NCBI RefSeq assembly: GCF_000150275.1
Contig: NW_002060961.1
Coordinates: 1,072,600 to 1,136,599, forward strand
DNA length: 64,000 nucleotides
Origin: Trichoplax adhaerens
Taxonomy: Eukaryota; Animalia; Placozoa
Reading direction: 5' to 3'
Numbering within the stretch: the first letter of the stretch is position 1; the number at the start of each line of letters is the position of its first letter. The notes under the pieces were generated by a model that did not search any database, was not told the origin of the DNA, and saw nothing but the letters and a program-made list of their open reading frames with translations. Positions 26,482 through 39,950 of this stretch are shown piece by piece. The position numbers and the translations under genes were made by a program.

Positions 26482-27155
26482 ATTGTCCTGTCAGTCGACC
26501 TGAGACCGGTTGGGTCCGGGCCGAGTTGGATCGGTCGTCTCAGCTACAGTACACAGTACCCTAGCACGGTAGACTCTACAGTGTACAGTACTGTCATGAC
26601 TGCAGTCAGGTTTTGGCAGCCAACATACCGATACTGTGCGTATCGGTACGCGCTGGACTGACTACAGTCTCTGTCGACATGCAGGTTTGCTGTACTGTAC
26701 ACTGTACACTGTACGCGGTAGTGTCCACAGTGTCCAGGACCAACGCCAGTCAGTCTACAGTACATACTAGCCGTACAGTGTACAGTCTACAGTATCCGCC
26801 ATGAACGACAGTACCGTACTGTAGAGGAAATTGTCCTGGAGCAATGTCGGTCGACCTGAGACCGATTAGGTCCAGGCCGAGTCGGATCGGTCGTCTGGAC
26901 TACAGTACACAGTACTGTAGCCTAGCACGGTAGACTCTGTACTGTACAGTACTGTACTGTCCGTTTGGCAGCCAACATACCGGTCCGTATCGGTACGCGC
27001 TAGACTGAGCACAGTCGCTGTCGACATCCAGGTTTGCTGTACTGTACTGTACTGTACTGTCCTGTACCAACGCCAGTCAGTCTACTGTACTGTACTGTAC
27101 AGTACTAGCCGTACAGTGTACAGTCTACAGTACACCACCGCACTGTAGTGGAAAT
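26482..27155. repeat. GC-rich diverged tandem dimer (~356 bp period) with embedded TACTG/CAGTA tracts
   Basis: GTCGACCTGAGACCG at 26494 and 26850. Shared blocks in the same order: GGATCGGTCGTCT, CCTAGCACGGTAGACTCT, TTGGCAGCCAACATACCG, ACCAACGCCAGTCAGTCTAC. Confidence 0.9.
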
Positions 27156-27271
27156 GGCCACTCCTATCCAATGCACCTGTCACTTCAATCATTCACGTCA
27201 CAAAGTCGAGTGACGCATGTCCAAATGGACTGCGGTTAGACCTGAGAAAGGTTCGGTGCGGTTCCAAACCG

Positions 27272-27951
27272 TGATGATCTATATGTCTGGGTAAAATGAA
27301 CGACCTGACTATTGGAGGACGCGATTGCAATTTTTTTTTCGCCTTGCAATGTGGTCGAGTGTGGAAGGAGGAGAAGAAGTTGCAATTGCTTCTAGACTTT
27401 TAGTGTCCAGTAATGATCTATGTCTGGGTAAAATGAACGACCTGACTATTGGAGGACGCGATTGCAATTTTTTTTTCGCCTTGCAATGTGGTCGAGTGTG
27501 GAAGGAGAAGAAGAAGTTGCAATTGCTTCTAGACTTTTAGTGTCCAGTAATGATCTATGTCTGGGTAAAATGAACGACCTGACTATTGGAGGACGCGATT
27601 GCAATTTTTTTTTCGCCTTGCAATGTGGTAGAGTGTGGAAGGAGGAGAAGAAGTTGCAATTGCTTCTAGTGTCCAGTAATGATCGATGTCTGGATTAAAT
27701 GAACGACCTGACTATTAGCGGACGCGATTGCAATTTCTTTTTTTTTTCGCCTTGCAATGTGGTAGAGTGTGGAAGGAGGAGAAGAAGTTGCAATTGCTTC
27801 TAGACTTTTAGTGTCCAGTAATGATCTATGTCTGGGTTAAATGAACGACCTGACTATTGGCGGACGCGATTGCAATTTCTTTTTTTCGCCTTGCAATGTG
27901 GTCGAGTGTAGAAGGAGAAGAAGAAGTTGCAATTGCTTCTAGTGTCCAGTA
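27272..27951. repeat. Tandem array of 5 x ~137 bp units, each containing a ~69-nt inverted repeat
   Basis: ATGTCTGG anchor at 27283, 27420, 27557, 27686 and 27828 (periods 137, 137, 129, 142). Units are near identical. Confidence 0.96.
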
Positions 27952-28099
27952 GATTAAACCGACACACCATGCCGTGCCAATCAGACTTTTTTGACACTAT
28001 TTTTATCAGTAATGGATGACTTCTGCACAAACACAAATAGAGTAAATACAGTTCAAGACTGAAATCGTTTTCAAGCTTGCGATAGTTGGCTCAAGTGCG

Positions 28100-29811
28100 A
28101 CACCAGTACAAGACGCGTATTTTACAAGAAATTTCCAACAGTCCCATGCCCCAATCTACCAACTGCGACTTCTTTCCCTCAAAAGTTCCTGTAACTAGCA
28201 TACTATATTGTCGATTCTACATTTCCAAAAAACGTCAATGGCCTTGCATTTCTCTTTGTAGCTTGGTCACTACAGTATTACTAGTGCAATCATAATATGC
28301 AATCAATACAGTAAATGCGTTCTGTAAAACAATCAAAATCATAATCACGTCGATGGTGTGGTGAACCTCGGCAATGGCTTACTCCCGATAGCAAGGCAAT
28401 ATCCGGCCAATTTGAAAGAACAAATGGACAATGTTACCCTATGCAAATAAAAAGTCATGACCGTGGATCACTGCTTACGAGCATATCGACATGACTACCG
28501 ACTCGCCATGACGTCAAGCTGGATCGTAGGAGAAAACATAGACTTATCAAGTAATTGCTGAAGTAGTTCTAGCAGTAGTGACTGCAGCACAAATGCAATA
28601 ACAGTCAATAAAGAATATTGTATCGACGTCATCTTAGCGCTAATCCAAACTCCAACGGAAATCATTGATGCTACAGTATGATTCCAAGTCAGGCAGTGAG
28701 ATTGTACATCAATGATCCTTGGCAATTTAGTGGGCAAATGAACGAATGGAATAAAATCAAATTGGCAGGAAATTGAGTTTCTTGTCCTATTTTCAGATAC
28801 TTTATATTAATTAAGCAAAGAATCAATCATTTGTATTCTTTGCATTTCTTTGTTCAACAGTTGCATAGGCATTCTCTTACTGTACGCATGGAGATTTTAC
28901 TTACTATAGATGTTATATAATATAGTCCTTCGACATAAAATAGCATTGGTAGAACTACACGAATGGTAACAGTAGCACACGAACAATCCAAATCCCTTTT
29001 CTTCACGCTAACTCAGTCACGAAAACCTTTTTCAGAACACTATTGACGAGTAACTTCTACTTGCAAGAATAGCAATGGCGCTCGCTTTACTTCGCATACT
29101 GCGTGGACTTGCATTTTCTACTCGCTAATTGATCCATTGGTATTGACACTACGAGAATGACATTGACTAATTTTCAGTTGTATCATCAGTAGCCTGGTTT
29201 TAAACTTGAATGATTTGAACTTATCTATCCTCTTTTGTAGTGGAGCTACTTTTAACTGGTTAAAAGTAGCTTTACACGAGCAGTGTATATTACAAAGATA
29301 AGCCAAAATTGGACGTTTACATCTTATGAATTAGTTAATGATACTCATGTAGTCAATAAAATAGGTGAGATCTGCGGCAAATGGAAAATAAATTAAAAAG
29401 AAATGGACGTCTAAAAATTGTCTGTTATGCTATTACCAGTATATCCTTAGCTAGTGGCGAAGGATTTTTGATCTTGTAATGAAATACTCGATCGGCATAT
29501 TGGGACAGTCGATACTAATAGCCAATACGAAGAACGACGCGAAAAAGGATATCAAAAATGAGCGTTATGATTGCCACTTGCATCCTTAGCCATACTGAGT
29601 AGATCTATCGTCTTGATGATCAAGGAGTTACATCATGAAATTGTGATTTTTTTACTGTATTTAAACTTTGTGGTTGCAAAGGATAGCTCAAATGACATCG
29701 GCAATGTTTATTGTGGCATACTCGCACTCGATGCGGTCAATAATAGCATTCATTAGTCCACAGCACGGTCAATAAGGACGAGAATAGAATCACAGCGATC
29801 CATTTTCTCAT
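28100..29811 (-). pseudogene. Decayed secreted/membrane receptor relic, possibly LRR plus GPS (adhesion-GPCR-like)
   Basis: Signal-peptide-like MRKWIAVILFSSLLTVLW from ATG 29811, Cys cluster VCHNKHCRC, LRRCT-like DLDCSC (~28990), GPS-like PFVHLPTKLPRIIDVQSHCLTWNHT and, in a shifted frame, IDCYC (~28745-28595), then hydrophobic fragments. GC looks higher than in the AT-rich background. Confidence 0.3.
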
Positions 29812-30056
29812 ACGTCATCAGCCGGTAAATTGTTGGCGACATTAATGTCAAGTTTTCATTTTCTTATTAGAGTTAGAAATTCACACGGATATTCTCCATA
29901 GTTGTAGCCCGAAACAAATTGTTACTATGTAGGCATACAACGTCAAGGGAATGGGCAATTGTACAGCAATTATCCCTTGTGCTTTCATCTAGTAACCTAA
30001 TAGCAACTCATAAAGGATAATAGTATATTTTCCATACCGTAGGTTAGAAAAATATC

Positions 30057-30124
30057 GAGAATTCTATTACTGCGCGCGATATGCCATACATTGGTATGGC
30101 ATGTGTTGTGGTAATAGAATTCTT
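30057..30124 (+). other. Isolated long hairpin (inverted repeat, ~30 bp stem, 4-nt loop)
   Basis: AGAATTCTATTAC..ATGCCATAC [ATTG] GTATGGCAT..GTAATAGAATTCT: perfect 13-bp and 9-bp segments joined by a segment that pairs through G.U on the + strand. Confidence 0.75.
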
Positions 30125-33100
30125 TCATAAAATCTTCACAGTCATTAGATTGGAGAAACCTTGTCGATAATATAGTTAAGAAAAAATTGATTACGCTATA
30201 GCGACTGCCTACTAATGAAGAACCTAAATGAGGAAATTTTCCACAGCGCAATGACGGTATTATTGCTTTAGTCGAAGTAGTAACCCATTTTTTCGTTTTT
30301 AAAATTGATTTCTAGTATGGCAAAATTAAGCCTTTCATACAGACTGCTTTGTATTCAGCTATGAAAGACTCCAACAACAATGAACAACTATAGATTCCCA
30401 GAAAAGTAGATTAATGTATACCCCATTCATTTTTAGGTATTAACAATAATTGACTATACGTACTAATCATGAATTCAATAAAAGACAAAATTACTTAATG
30501 ACACAGTAACTGTGGCGTTGGACAGGATCGTTAGAAATCTGAAGGCCTAATAAAAACTAAAAACGAACACAATCTATCTTTCTTACGCCTATCTCTTGTG
30601 CAAGCAATCTATACGGGGAGACAATTTCTTGCCTTAAGCTGTGCATTGATCATGAATAGTTACAAACACGATGTTAGTATACTCGGATAGAAAGTATCGA
30701 TGCTTTAGTAGAAAGAAAGTTCTAATCGTCATACCATGTAGTCTTCGAGTGTTACTATCTACATAATGACGTTATAACTAGCAAAATTACAGGATCAAAT
30801 CTTATTCTACTCGCGGGATAAGAATATATCTCCTTCATTTAGCATTAGCAATAATTTTATGATCAAGATCGAACGGTAAATAAGATACCATTATATACAA
30901 CCATCAAAAAATTCAATCAAAATTCATTAGCATGAAAAATGTCTGCATAATTAATGACTTTTGGAGTCAAATTGGGATGCCGAATTTGACCATATTAATC
31001 AAGTAAAATGGGTTTATTTTGTAACGTAGTTCAGGAAAAACTGCATGAGTACACAATTCTCAAGTGTTTATAACATAAATATAAATGTATCCAAAATACT
31101 ACATATTATTCCTTTAGTTCTACAGTATTTGTCCTCCTTTTCTTACAAAATATGTAAATATGTAAATATTGTTGAGTATGATTATTGATACTATTCATTA
31201 ACGTTATTGTCATAGATGGATATATTTGGGAGCAAAAAGAGAAACGATGAAAAAGAAAAGACATCGAAGGTCTTTCTTGAGATACTTGATAATTTTTTTA
31301 CGGTTTATTTTAGCTAGAACGGTAAACACGACAGACTATCTGCATTGATGTATTCTCATGGCAACTGTAAATATAATCACTAATTTACAACTAATTTAAC
31401 ACTATGACTACCATGCATGATTGCTCTATTTTCAGTTATAGATATTCTATTCTATTATGTACCAAGTTTTTCTTATGATTTTAGAACCAAAAGTAAAAAG
31501 ATTAAAGGAGTTCGCAGTAAGAGTCGAAAGATGTAGGATAAAAATTGTCATAAGTAATCCAAACTGTTTATGTAGATAATTTCTAGTGTTACGTTAGTAT
31601 TTCGTGCGATTGATATCAACAAAACTTGATCAACTCACAAAGCATAAAAATACCTTGATTATCAGTATTCAATATCTAATGAATAAATTATATATATATA
31701 TTAAAAATCATACAGTCGTCCCCAATTGAACTAAAGAATCGCCCCACGCGCTAAATTTATAGCACATTTGTCAGAAAGGAATGCTAACACCCTTATAAGA
31801 CCTATCTCATGATCTTTCTATCGTAGAATAATATCCTCTTTATTCAGATAGCTTACCTTGGTTAGGCTCAGTCCTGTTTTCACGATCAAATTGGATGGAA
31901 TATCTAAAACTCTTTCAAAATTGAGTTTTATGCCACCAATTAATCTAGATAAGCAAAAATAAAATTGAGTGGGTAGCTGTCCGAGTTTTTTTCCATCAAT
32001 AGGCATGTCGAACGCAAATATCCATTACTGCTAATGTTGCCATTCACATCCGGTTTGTGCCGATATGACTAGAATACCGTTATTAGCCTAACCTATCCAC
32101 AGCTACTACTCGAGAAAGTAATAATTGAGCTAGTGTACTGTTCTATACGATCAATTATTTTATGCAACTTAGGTATGGGAAAAGCAAGAAGAAAATAAAT
32201 GTGGTCTTACTTTCATGGTTCAAATTTCAAAAAAAGTTATAATAAATTATGCGGTTAATAGCTGCTAAAAGAGACTAGACTGTTTTAACTTCTTTGGCTG
32301 TCATTTTTCATTAATCAGCTAAAGTTGATAGAATAATCTATAGTTTCATTGATGTAAATTCTAAATTAGTCATCAAATTTATTTGATACCTCTTTATTTT
32401 GCAAGTTAAACTAGAAGCTTAATATTTTTGTCTAGAATTATTTGGTAAACGATTGTTTAAGTTCTAGAATAAATAGGCAATCAAAAGATAAATCGCTCGT
32501 TTATTTTTAATATGAAAGTTTCCCGGTTTTTCTGCTATGGTTATAATTGAACTATGTGAATCTATTAAATATTTATTTGTATCTTGCCTAAAATTCATAA
32601 CTGTCATAATATTGATCTAGTTAAGCATTTGGAATAATTAAGATCCTTTTACATTTATCTTTATCGTCCAGCGATATGAATAGGGATAATAAAAATATTT
32701 CAGATGACAAATAGTAGTGAAAAGCGATATCGAAATTCTTAATTCGACCGATAATCTGGATACAAATTGCGGAATATCAAGCCATGATTTACAATAAAAT
32801 CGCATTTTTCGTAATAAATCAACTTCTGGAAATACGTTAGTCAATTAATGAGGCAGCATTAAACTTGATTTATTATTAATTCTGATAATGAGGTAAAATA
32901 AATGTAAATTTCAGGGGTGTAAACTTATTAAACTATAGTTTAATATAATTTTAGTTAAAATGGAATGGTATGAATCAAAAATTAATATTGCATTTAATGA
33001 TTAATTATAGATCATGGTAACTAAATGCTGTATCTATTCGATTTTGGTGAACGACTACTTTACTTCTGATGATTCTAGATTAATCTTAATCTTTTGCTAA

Positions 33101-33399
33101 AACAACCGCATACGGAAGTATTAATCCTTTTCCGATGTTAAAGTAAATTATTAAATGATTTAACCGATAATCGTCACTAGTAAAGTTTACTAAACTATTA
33201 GGAAGCATTTTTATGTGAACGAAAATGGAAAATTGATTAACTTAATTTTAGTAACAGAGCTGAAAATTCTGCAAATAAGTCCAAGTGAGAAAACAAGTAT
33301 TTGTTAAAACATTTTTTCGAAAGCAAAAAAAAATTGGGGAATCCGTCATTTATGGAGCCATAAGACGGTAGATATTGCTTTCATTGTCATTATATTTAA

Positions 33400-36300
33400 T
33401 ATCCAATATATTCTCATAGATTCATGGATAAGTTTCCAAATAACTAAGCCAATGTAATCAGTTCATTGCCCTTTTACAAATTCTGAGCTGCAAGCAAAAT
33501 CGACATCTTTCAAATGCTAGCGTATTTTATCGTAAGATGAATCTGCTGATCGTTTATATCGGAAGTTAAATCTGAATTTAGAACAGCTAATATTATTTTG
33601 TAACACAGCTACATTGACAATACTACCCTTGAAGCAATTGCTCAATTAGATATAGCATAAATCTGTTAATTTAGAGCTTACCTAATGCTGCTTAATTAAT
33701 CTTGCTGGCGTGTTCTGAAATAATACCTTATATCGATTAAGGACCAGGAATGTAATATTTCGGTGAAAATATAAAAGTTACAATTTAAACAAATTCATGA
33801 TAAGGAAGAACGCTAATATAGATGTCCCTCAAGATACTGCTTCAAAATTCGATGAAGATTGAATTTTACAGAGTAAAAACTATTCATTCCAGATTTTCTT
33901 TGTTGGTATTTATGGATACAAGGCAAGATCAAGGTTGAATAATAAACTAAAACATCAACGTGTTTATGAATATCAGCCATTAAATATCCAAAGTATACTT
34001 TCTATACAAATTTTATTATCCAGAAATTAATGAAGTAAAATTGATTGGAATTAAATTTTTTTTCAACAAAGTATAGACCAGCTGATCTTGGTAAACAATA
34101 AACGTGATGGTATATATCTGTAGGCACTTTGTAACTCTTTTCTTTCTATTTTATTTCTTATCAGCTTGATTTTTGACTTATTTATTGCATTGATGATGCT
34201 ATAAGCCAATCAAAGTTTATCATTTGTATAAAACAATGTTTTGTTTAAGAAGCTATTTTAGAAATCGGAGTTGCCATTGATTAACATAGAATTGATTCAT
34301 CCTCAATCAATGCTATAGTCAAAATATTTTTCAAGTAAGTTCGATTGTTATAAATTATTGATACTACTATCTCACTCACCAGTTAGTCTGATACAATCAT
34401 AGATAGACAATTTTAGGAGTGAAATATAACCAATTATGTATATGCCCAGTTCAATGAACGCTTAATAGAATTAAATGGTAAATTAAACGGGAAAAAATAA
34501 AATGTTAAATTTTTGATAGCAAATAGTGCGGGATAAATTTGCATAAAAGTTTCATGATTGAATGATTTCTTGATTGATTAATAAATTAATTTCATATAAA
34601 AGACGACGGCAATTTCTATCTGTAAACAGTAATCATCTTTTTTAAATTATTATAGGTATTGGGTAAATAGCTTTCGTTTCATAAAGTGAGGAAACTTTAC
34701 AACTTCAATACAACTCTTGATATCAACGACATCGAATAATTTATCAACGAATGAATGAATCAACAAAAGATCTAACTTATAGTATGTCCATATATACATC
34801 AATTTATCGTTAATATTAATAGATAGGATTGTATATCTATGGCTTAAACAGGATCAAATAGTATAAATTTTATGTAATTGGTTTGAAGCTTTAGCATAAT
34901 AATATGAAATATACCATATCTGTAATTCAAAACCAGAATGTGGAGTGAGATACAAAACAAATTCCTTGAAAGAAATCAAAATCTTAATAGTATTATCGTT
35001 TCATGATTACCATCAATGACTTATTACAACGATGATGTAGATGATATGAAAAGATTGAAAACAACAATTAAATCAAATAATAGATTGAACTATTGATAAA
35101 ATGAAAATGTCATTCTTTTAGGTTATGTAAATAAATCTATTTCTTGCAATTAAATTAAATTGTTCTATATATCAAAAATTCTTCTTTATAAACAATATTC
35201 GCTAAAGACGAAGAATAAATTAGATAATATGAACGGCTACATTGAACAATTTATATTGCGTCAATTGATGAGTACTTATTAGTATTTATCCTTTAGGTTA
35301 GTTTGACTCACCCATTCAAGGAATGTGTTGTTAAGAATATCTAACCATTTTATTAATTGGCTAACTGACAATTTTCTTACCTTTCATCATTAACTTTTTC
35401 ATTTATGTTCCTGATATCACATTGAATCAATTCTCTATCGTTTTCTCTATTCCTATTATTAATAGCCATTTATTTTCTAGTCAACGTAAATCATTCAGAT
35501 TAAAATTATCCATTAGTGTCAGCTGCTATGATATTATTAATGAAAAGTTTGCGTTCTGATTGATGCATCATCTACAGTAGATTTTCATGATAGGATTAGT
35601 TTCTAGCACTAATGCTTGACCGCAAGAAATTCTCTCTAACATTTTTTAATTAAGATCATTAATCACGCAATTTTTATTCTGAAATCCCAATAATAAAATA
35701 TTCAAATCATAGAGATCTTTCACTCAATGTACATAACTTAATTTGTCTATCAATCATAAAACAGTTAGAACTTTCGAATTGCATAAACTATCTAACCTTC
35801 GGTAAGAATAACAAATTGTTGTAGTATTATCAACACTGGTTGAAATATATAGGTTTATATTTTTTCTTATCTTCATTTTAAACCATAGCATTTCATTCTG
35901 CAATTTTATGAATATGGAATATAGTTTGTATATTTTTTAAAAATTTCTTGCAAAAATATCTTAAATAAAATATATCTACAAAGGATTAAATAACATTTTC
36001 ATCAATCTTTCAGATGAAATTCCTTTTGCATAAATAAAAAATTTCATCAACGTTTAAGTAGATTCGGTTAGATTTTCTTTTCTCTTCTTGACATAACGTC
36101 ATTATTATAAATTTCCAAAACTGATCGTCAAAAATCAATCTAACGTCGTCAATCTTTTTATTATAGATAAGGAAAAAAATTTGTAGATCTACCGGTTACA
36201 TTTTATTGACACATAAGATTATGTTATCGTGTACTTGTGCAATTATGATTTGTCTTGTCAACCTGCGTTAGGGCTACTTTTCTATGAAGTTTAATTGATA

Positions 36301-38100
36301 TTTCAATCTACAAATCAACTAAGTCTAGGGCAGATTATAACTAGTCAACTATGTATAGCATATAAGATGATTGTTTAGCAATAGATTATATCGAATCGAT
36401 GGAACAATATGAATAACGATCACGTACTTGATTCCTTTATCCCTCAATGGTATATAAAATTGATTATAATTACAGCATGCTTCACTTTCTTGACATCTCT
36501 AATATTAATCTATTGAACTAGTTGAATTTTTTTAATAAATTGCAATTAATAGAATGTCTGGCTGGATGAAATAGTATAAAAATTTTCTAAGATAACAAAT
36601 CTTATTCGGTCAAAATGGATTTGGCTGATTTTAATTAGTTTTAAATCATACCGGAAAATTCTCTTGATATTGATAACGAAAGTTGATAAAATCTTTATTT
36701 AGAAAAAGAATGATAAACGGATTTTTATGACATAATTAAAGACAATTGCATTATATTTACTGTAATCGATAAATTATAACGATAAAATATCCAGTTTATT
36801 TAAAGAAAGCGATAACCAATCCTTCCGGATACACATTGTTTTAATTTTAAGTTAAACTAATATTAAAATTAAAGTAGACCCTCCTCTCGTTAACTTTTTT
36901 CCAAATGACCAGTTTAGGTTGATAGTTTAGTATGCTATAAAATGAATGCGTGTTTTCTTCTCAACATTAACACCTAATTTTAATTCTTACCTTCATTTCT
37001 ATCTATCATTATATTATAGTTTTTGCGCAATACATGCTAGAGAAATTTTGATGTTAAATATTGATGATAATAAGTTATAACTTCTTTTTCTGCAATCGGA
37101 AAAATACCTGCACTACCAGAGAAAATTTATAATACTTAACAGCTCTACAAAACGTCGCCAATCAAATCACAAATAGTTGATGACCTTTCAATATCATGAT
37201 ATATTCATACTGTTTTATAAATTTTTTGATCTCAAATGTTAACATACGCCGATTTTGCTACCTGCTTATTGCAATTTTTGATCAGTATTCAAGTTTGTTA
37301 TCCGGTAGATCAATATTGATGTGGGTCATTGCCGATTTATATATTTAACGCCAGATAATTCTTATAATGAATTCAAACTGGCATCTTTAGTTTTCTATCT
37401 ATGACGTAGACTTTAGCTTGCTACATGTATTCAGTTTATAGGAAATGATGTTTCTACTAAAACTTTATCATTACGTCAACTAATTTATATCCTATTATAA
37501 CGATGAGTAAATAAAAATAACCTAATGTTATTCTTTCAAAAGTATTATGACTGTTTTATTGGATTTTGTGAACGACGCTAGTGCAGTAGTAGTTAACTTT
37601 AATTGTTTTAAACTAAAGGTAAAATTTATGTAATGAACACTGGCAAAAGGTTATGTATTTTTAATAGTATATTCATGAAAGCCGTTATATTATCGAGGAA
37701 AAACAATGTTGAAAATTTTAGGAGCGTTAAATTAAAAACTTTTTATCGACTGTGTAGTTGCTAGCATTTCTACATAATTAATGAACTTTATAGCATATAT
37801 TTCTGATTTGTAATGAGTTATTTCGATCAATTAATATAACGCTGTTCTTAAGTTATTGGAGCTTGGCCTCATGCTCAAATGTTGTGGGCTAAAAATTTCC
37901 GTTTTTTTCTAATTAATTACAGGAATTAACAGCACTAAATATATGGAAATATTAATTATCATGCTTAGAATGCTATCAAATTGTCGCTAAATTTGTTAAT
38001 CGGTGGTTCCGATAGCGTGATTTAAGATTAAAGTAATAGTTTATTACTGAGTTTCGTCAACATCTATGTTATACTGAGTCAGGAAAATCTCATTCTATAA
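33400..38100 (+). pseudogene. Decayed LGR-like relic (one or two genes)
   Basis: LRR fragments LNLEQLILFCN (~33572), SIDQLILVNNK (~34070), FLSVNSNHL (~34613), ETLQLQYN (~34691), IVYLWLKQDQI (~34828). TM2 signature TYADF/YLLIAIFDQY (~37242-37288). TM7-like NLIL* (~38086). Confidence 0.5.
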
Positions 38101-38399
38101 TTTTAAATCTTCCTTCAAATTTTTGGCTATTATGTATATCGCTCTTCATGCAATCAAATGTGACACTTTCGGTTTTAACTATTAAGTAAATAAATTAATA
38201 ATTTATTAAATGTAGGCTAAAATAGTTTTACGGGTAAAGCATAGAATTTATAGCATAACTCATCGCTTAAAGCGATAGTAATCTCAATTGATAACAACAA
38301 GAGCATAGTCCGCCAAGTACCTCTTAACCTGAAGCAATCATAAGATTTAGCTGCTTAAGCTAAATGATAGCTTGCTTGTTCGATAGTAAAATAAGAAAA

Positions 38400-39950
38400 T
38401 ATAGATTAGCATTGTTCATTATATTTTTACTCAACTCAACAATATAGAATTGAGCATGATGGTTTTAATGTACCTTAATTTCACAATATTAATGATTACG
38501 AATCCAGCAGTGTCATAATACAATAGTTTGGTATTTGTTATATTATGCAAAGTTTCGTGATGATTTCAGATTATACCAGGTAATATTACTTACTTACGCT
38601 AGTTTAAAATCATAATATCCAAAATTGTGTACTATAAGAGTTTATTTTTGTAATGAAGGAAAGCCTATGGTGAAAACTAATTGCAGAAAGCTTATGATAA
38701 GTTCCAATATCATAGTTCCGACTAAATTGAAATATTTAATTGTTTGATATATTGTCAATACGACAACATAACATATCGAACCTTTGAATCACATAACAGC
38801 TGTTTCGATCAATATTAGTGAATGATAGTTATTTGATGACATAATTAAAACCAGCCCAATAAGATTATTGATAACATATTCTAGTTTAGGTTTTGGACTT
38901 AAATACGGAAAAAGGGTCATTTTTTAAGACATTATAATGTATCTAGCCTCGAATATTAATTCCGTTCTGGTAAAAATTATAACGCATTAATGCTTATTTT
39001 AAATTTTATTGCAATTTTTCTTACATATCATTCGATTAGCGCTATAATTTGTGTGAGAAGTTTAAAAATGTAGTTCATCAGCGTACTTAACATCACAAAC
39101 TATTGCAAATTAAACGACTAGTTTCGCTTTTAATCATGGTTTGAAGGATTATACTATATTGCCAGTTCATATGAAAGTAGAACACTGACTGGTTCAACAA
39201 ATCCAAAATCATTTATCTAAAGCTTTGTATAGTTATTGACGATAAGATGATACTTATACTCCTTGATTAATGCAAAATTTGTGTCATCTCAGACCTTGAA
39301 TGATGTTCTTATCTCTTTTATTTAAGGAAATAAACTTGAGCTTTAACCAGATATGTTTCTGGAAACTCTACTAGTCTTTGTGTCCTCTAGATAATAGGCT
39401 GCTTCGGAAGAGATAATCTTAATAGTAACGGAAAGAGATACATGCTGAATAGCATTAAAATTATTCATTGTTGGTGCACCATTGACTATAAAGACATCAT
39501 GATAATTAATGCTAAATAACAGAATTCGCAACTTGTGACTGTTATTAAAATGGTATTGACGTCAATTTTTAAAATGTACCGATTCTATATTCATCATAGA
39601 GTTCATGAATTAAGGTATAAAATCGAAATAGCAGTTTCTATTGAAACATTAGAATATAGCATTATATAAATGTAATTCATTGGAATAAGTTTAATGACAG
39701 ATAAGGCCAATGCTGTTAATATTTTCATTTTTAAATTGCTTGGAGGTTGTCTGTTTTTCTATGATATGAACCATTTAAAGTTTTTGCTAGGATGCAAGCT
39801 TTTCATGTAATTATACAACTTCATTTCAATAGCCTATCTGTCCATCATATCTAGTTCAATATTCTAGTATTACAACTTTTTTAAATGACGAAATTGAAAG
39901 AATATAAAGTAACTAGAGCCATTAATTATGATGCTAGCAAAAATACTCTC
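38400..39950 (-). pseudogene. Decayed LGR-like relic
   Basis: Minus-strand order: LRRs (LTALALSVIKLIP ~39700; ORF 39343-39531), hinge DLLNQSVF (~39195), TM1 TGNIV (~39160), TM2 NL/AIVCD (~39100), TM4 IILLGW (~38860), TM5 ILELIISFLQLVF (~38690), TM6 VSNITW (~38585). Confidence 0.5.

Noticed and set aside
27272-27951. CRISPR-like array, C/D snoRNA cluster, or coding ORFs 27325-28036
   Set aside because: Whole units repeat with no unique spacers or cas genes; a box C-like GTGATGA occurs only before copy 1; the ORFs are repeat translations.
31820-32850. Additional LRR-like fragments on the minus strand (VLDIPSNLI; CKSWLDIPQF)
   Set aside because: No ordered TM motifs; cannot be separated from chance in AT-rich DNA without an HMM.
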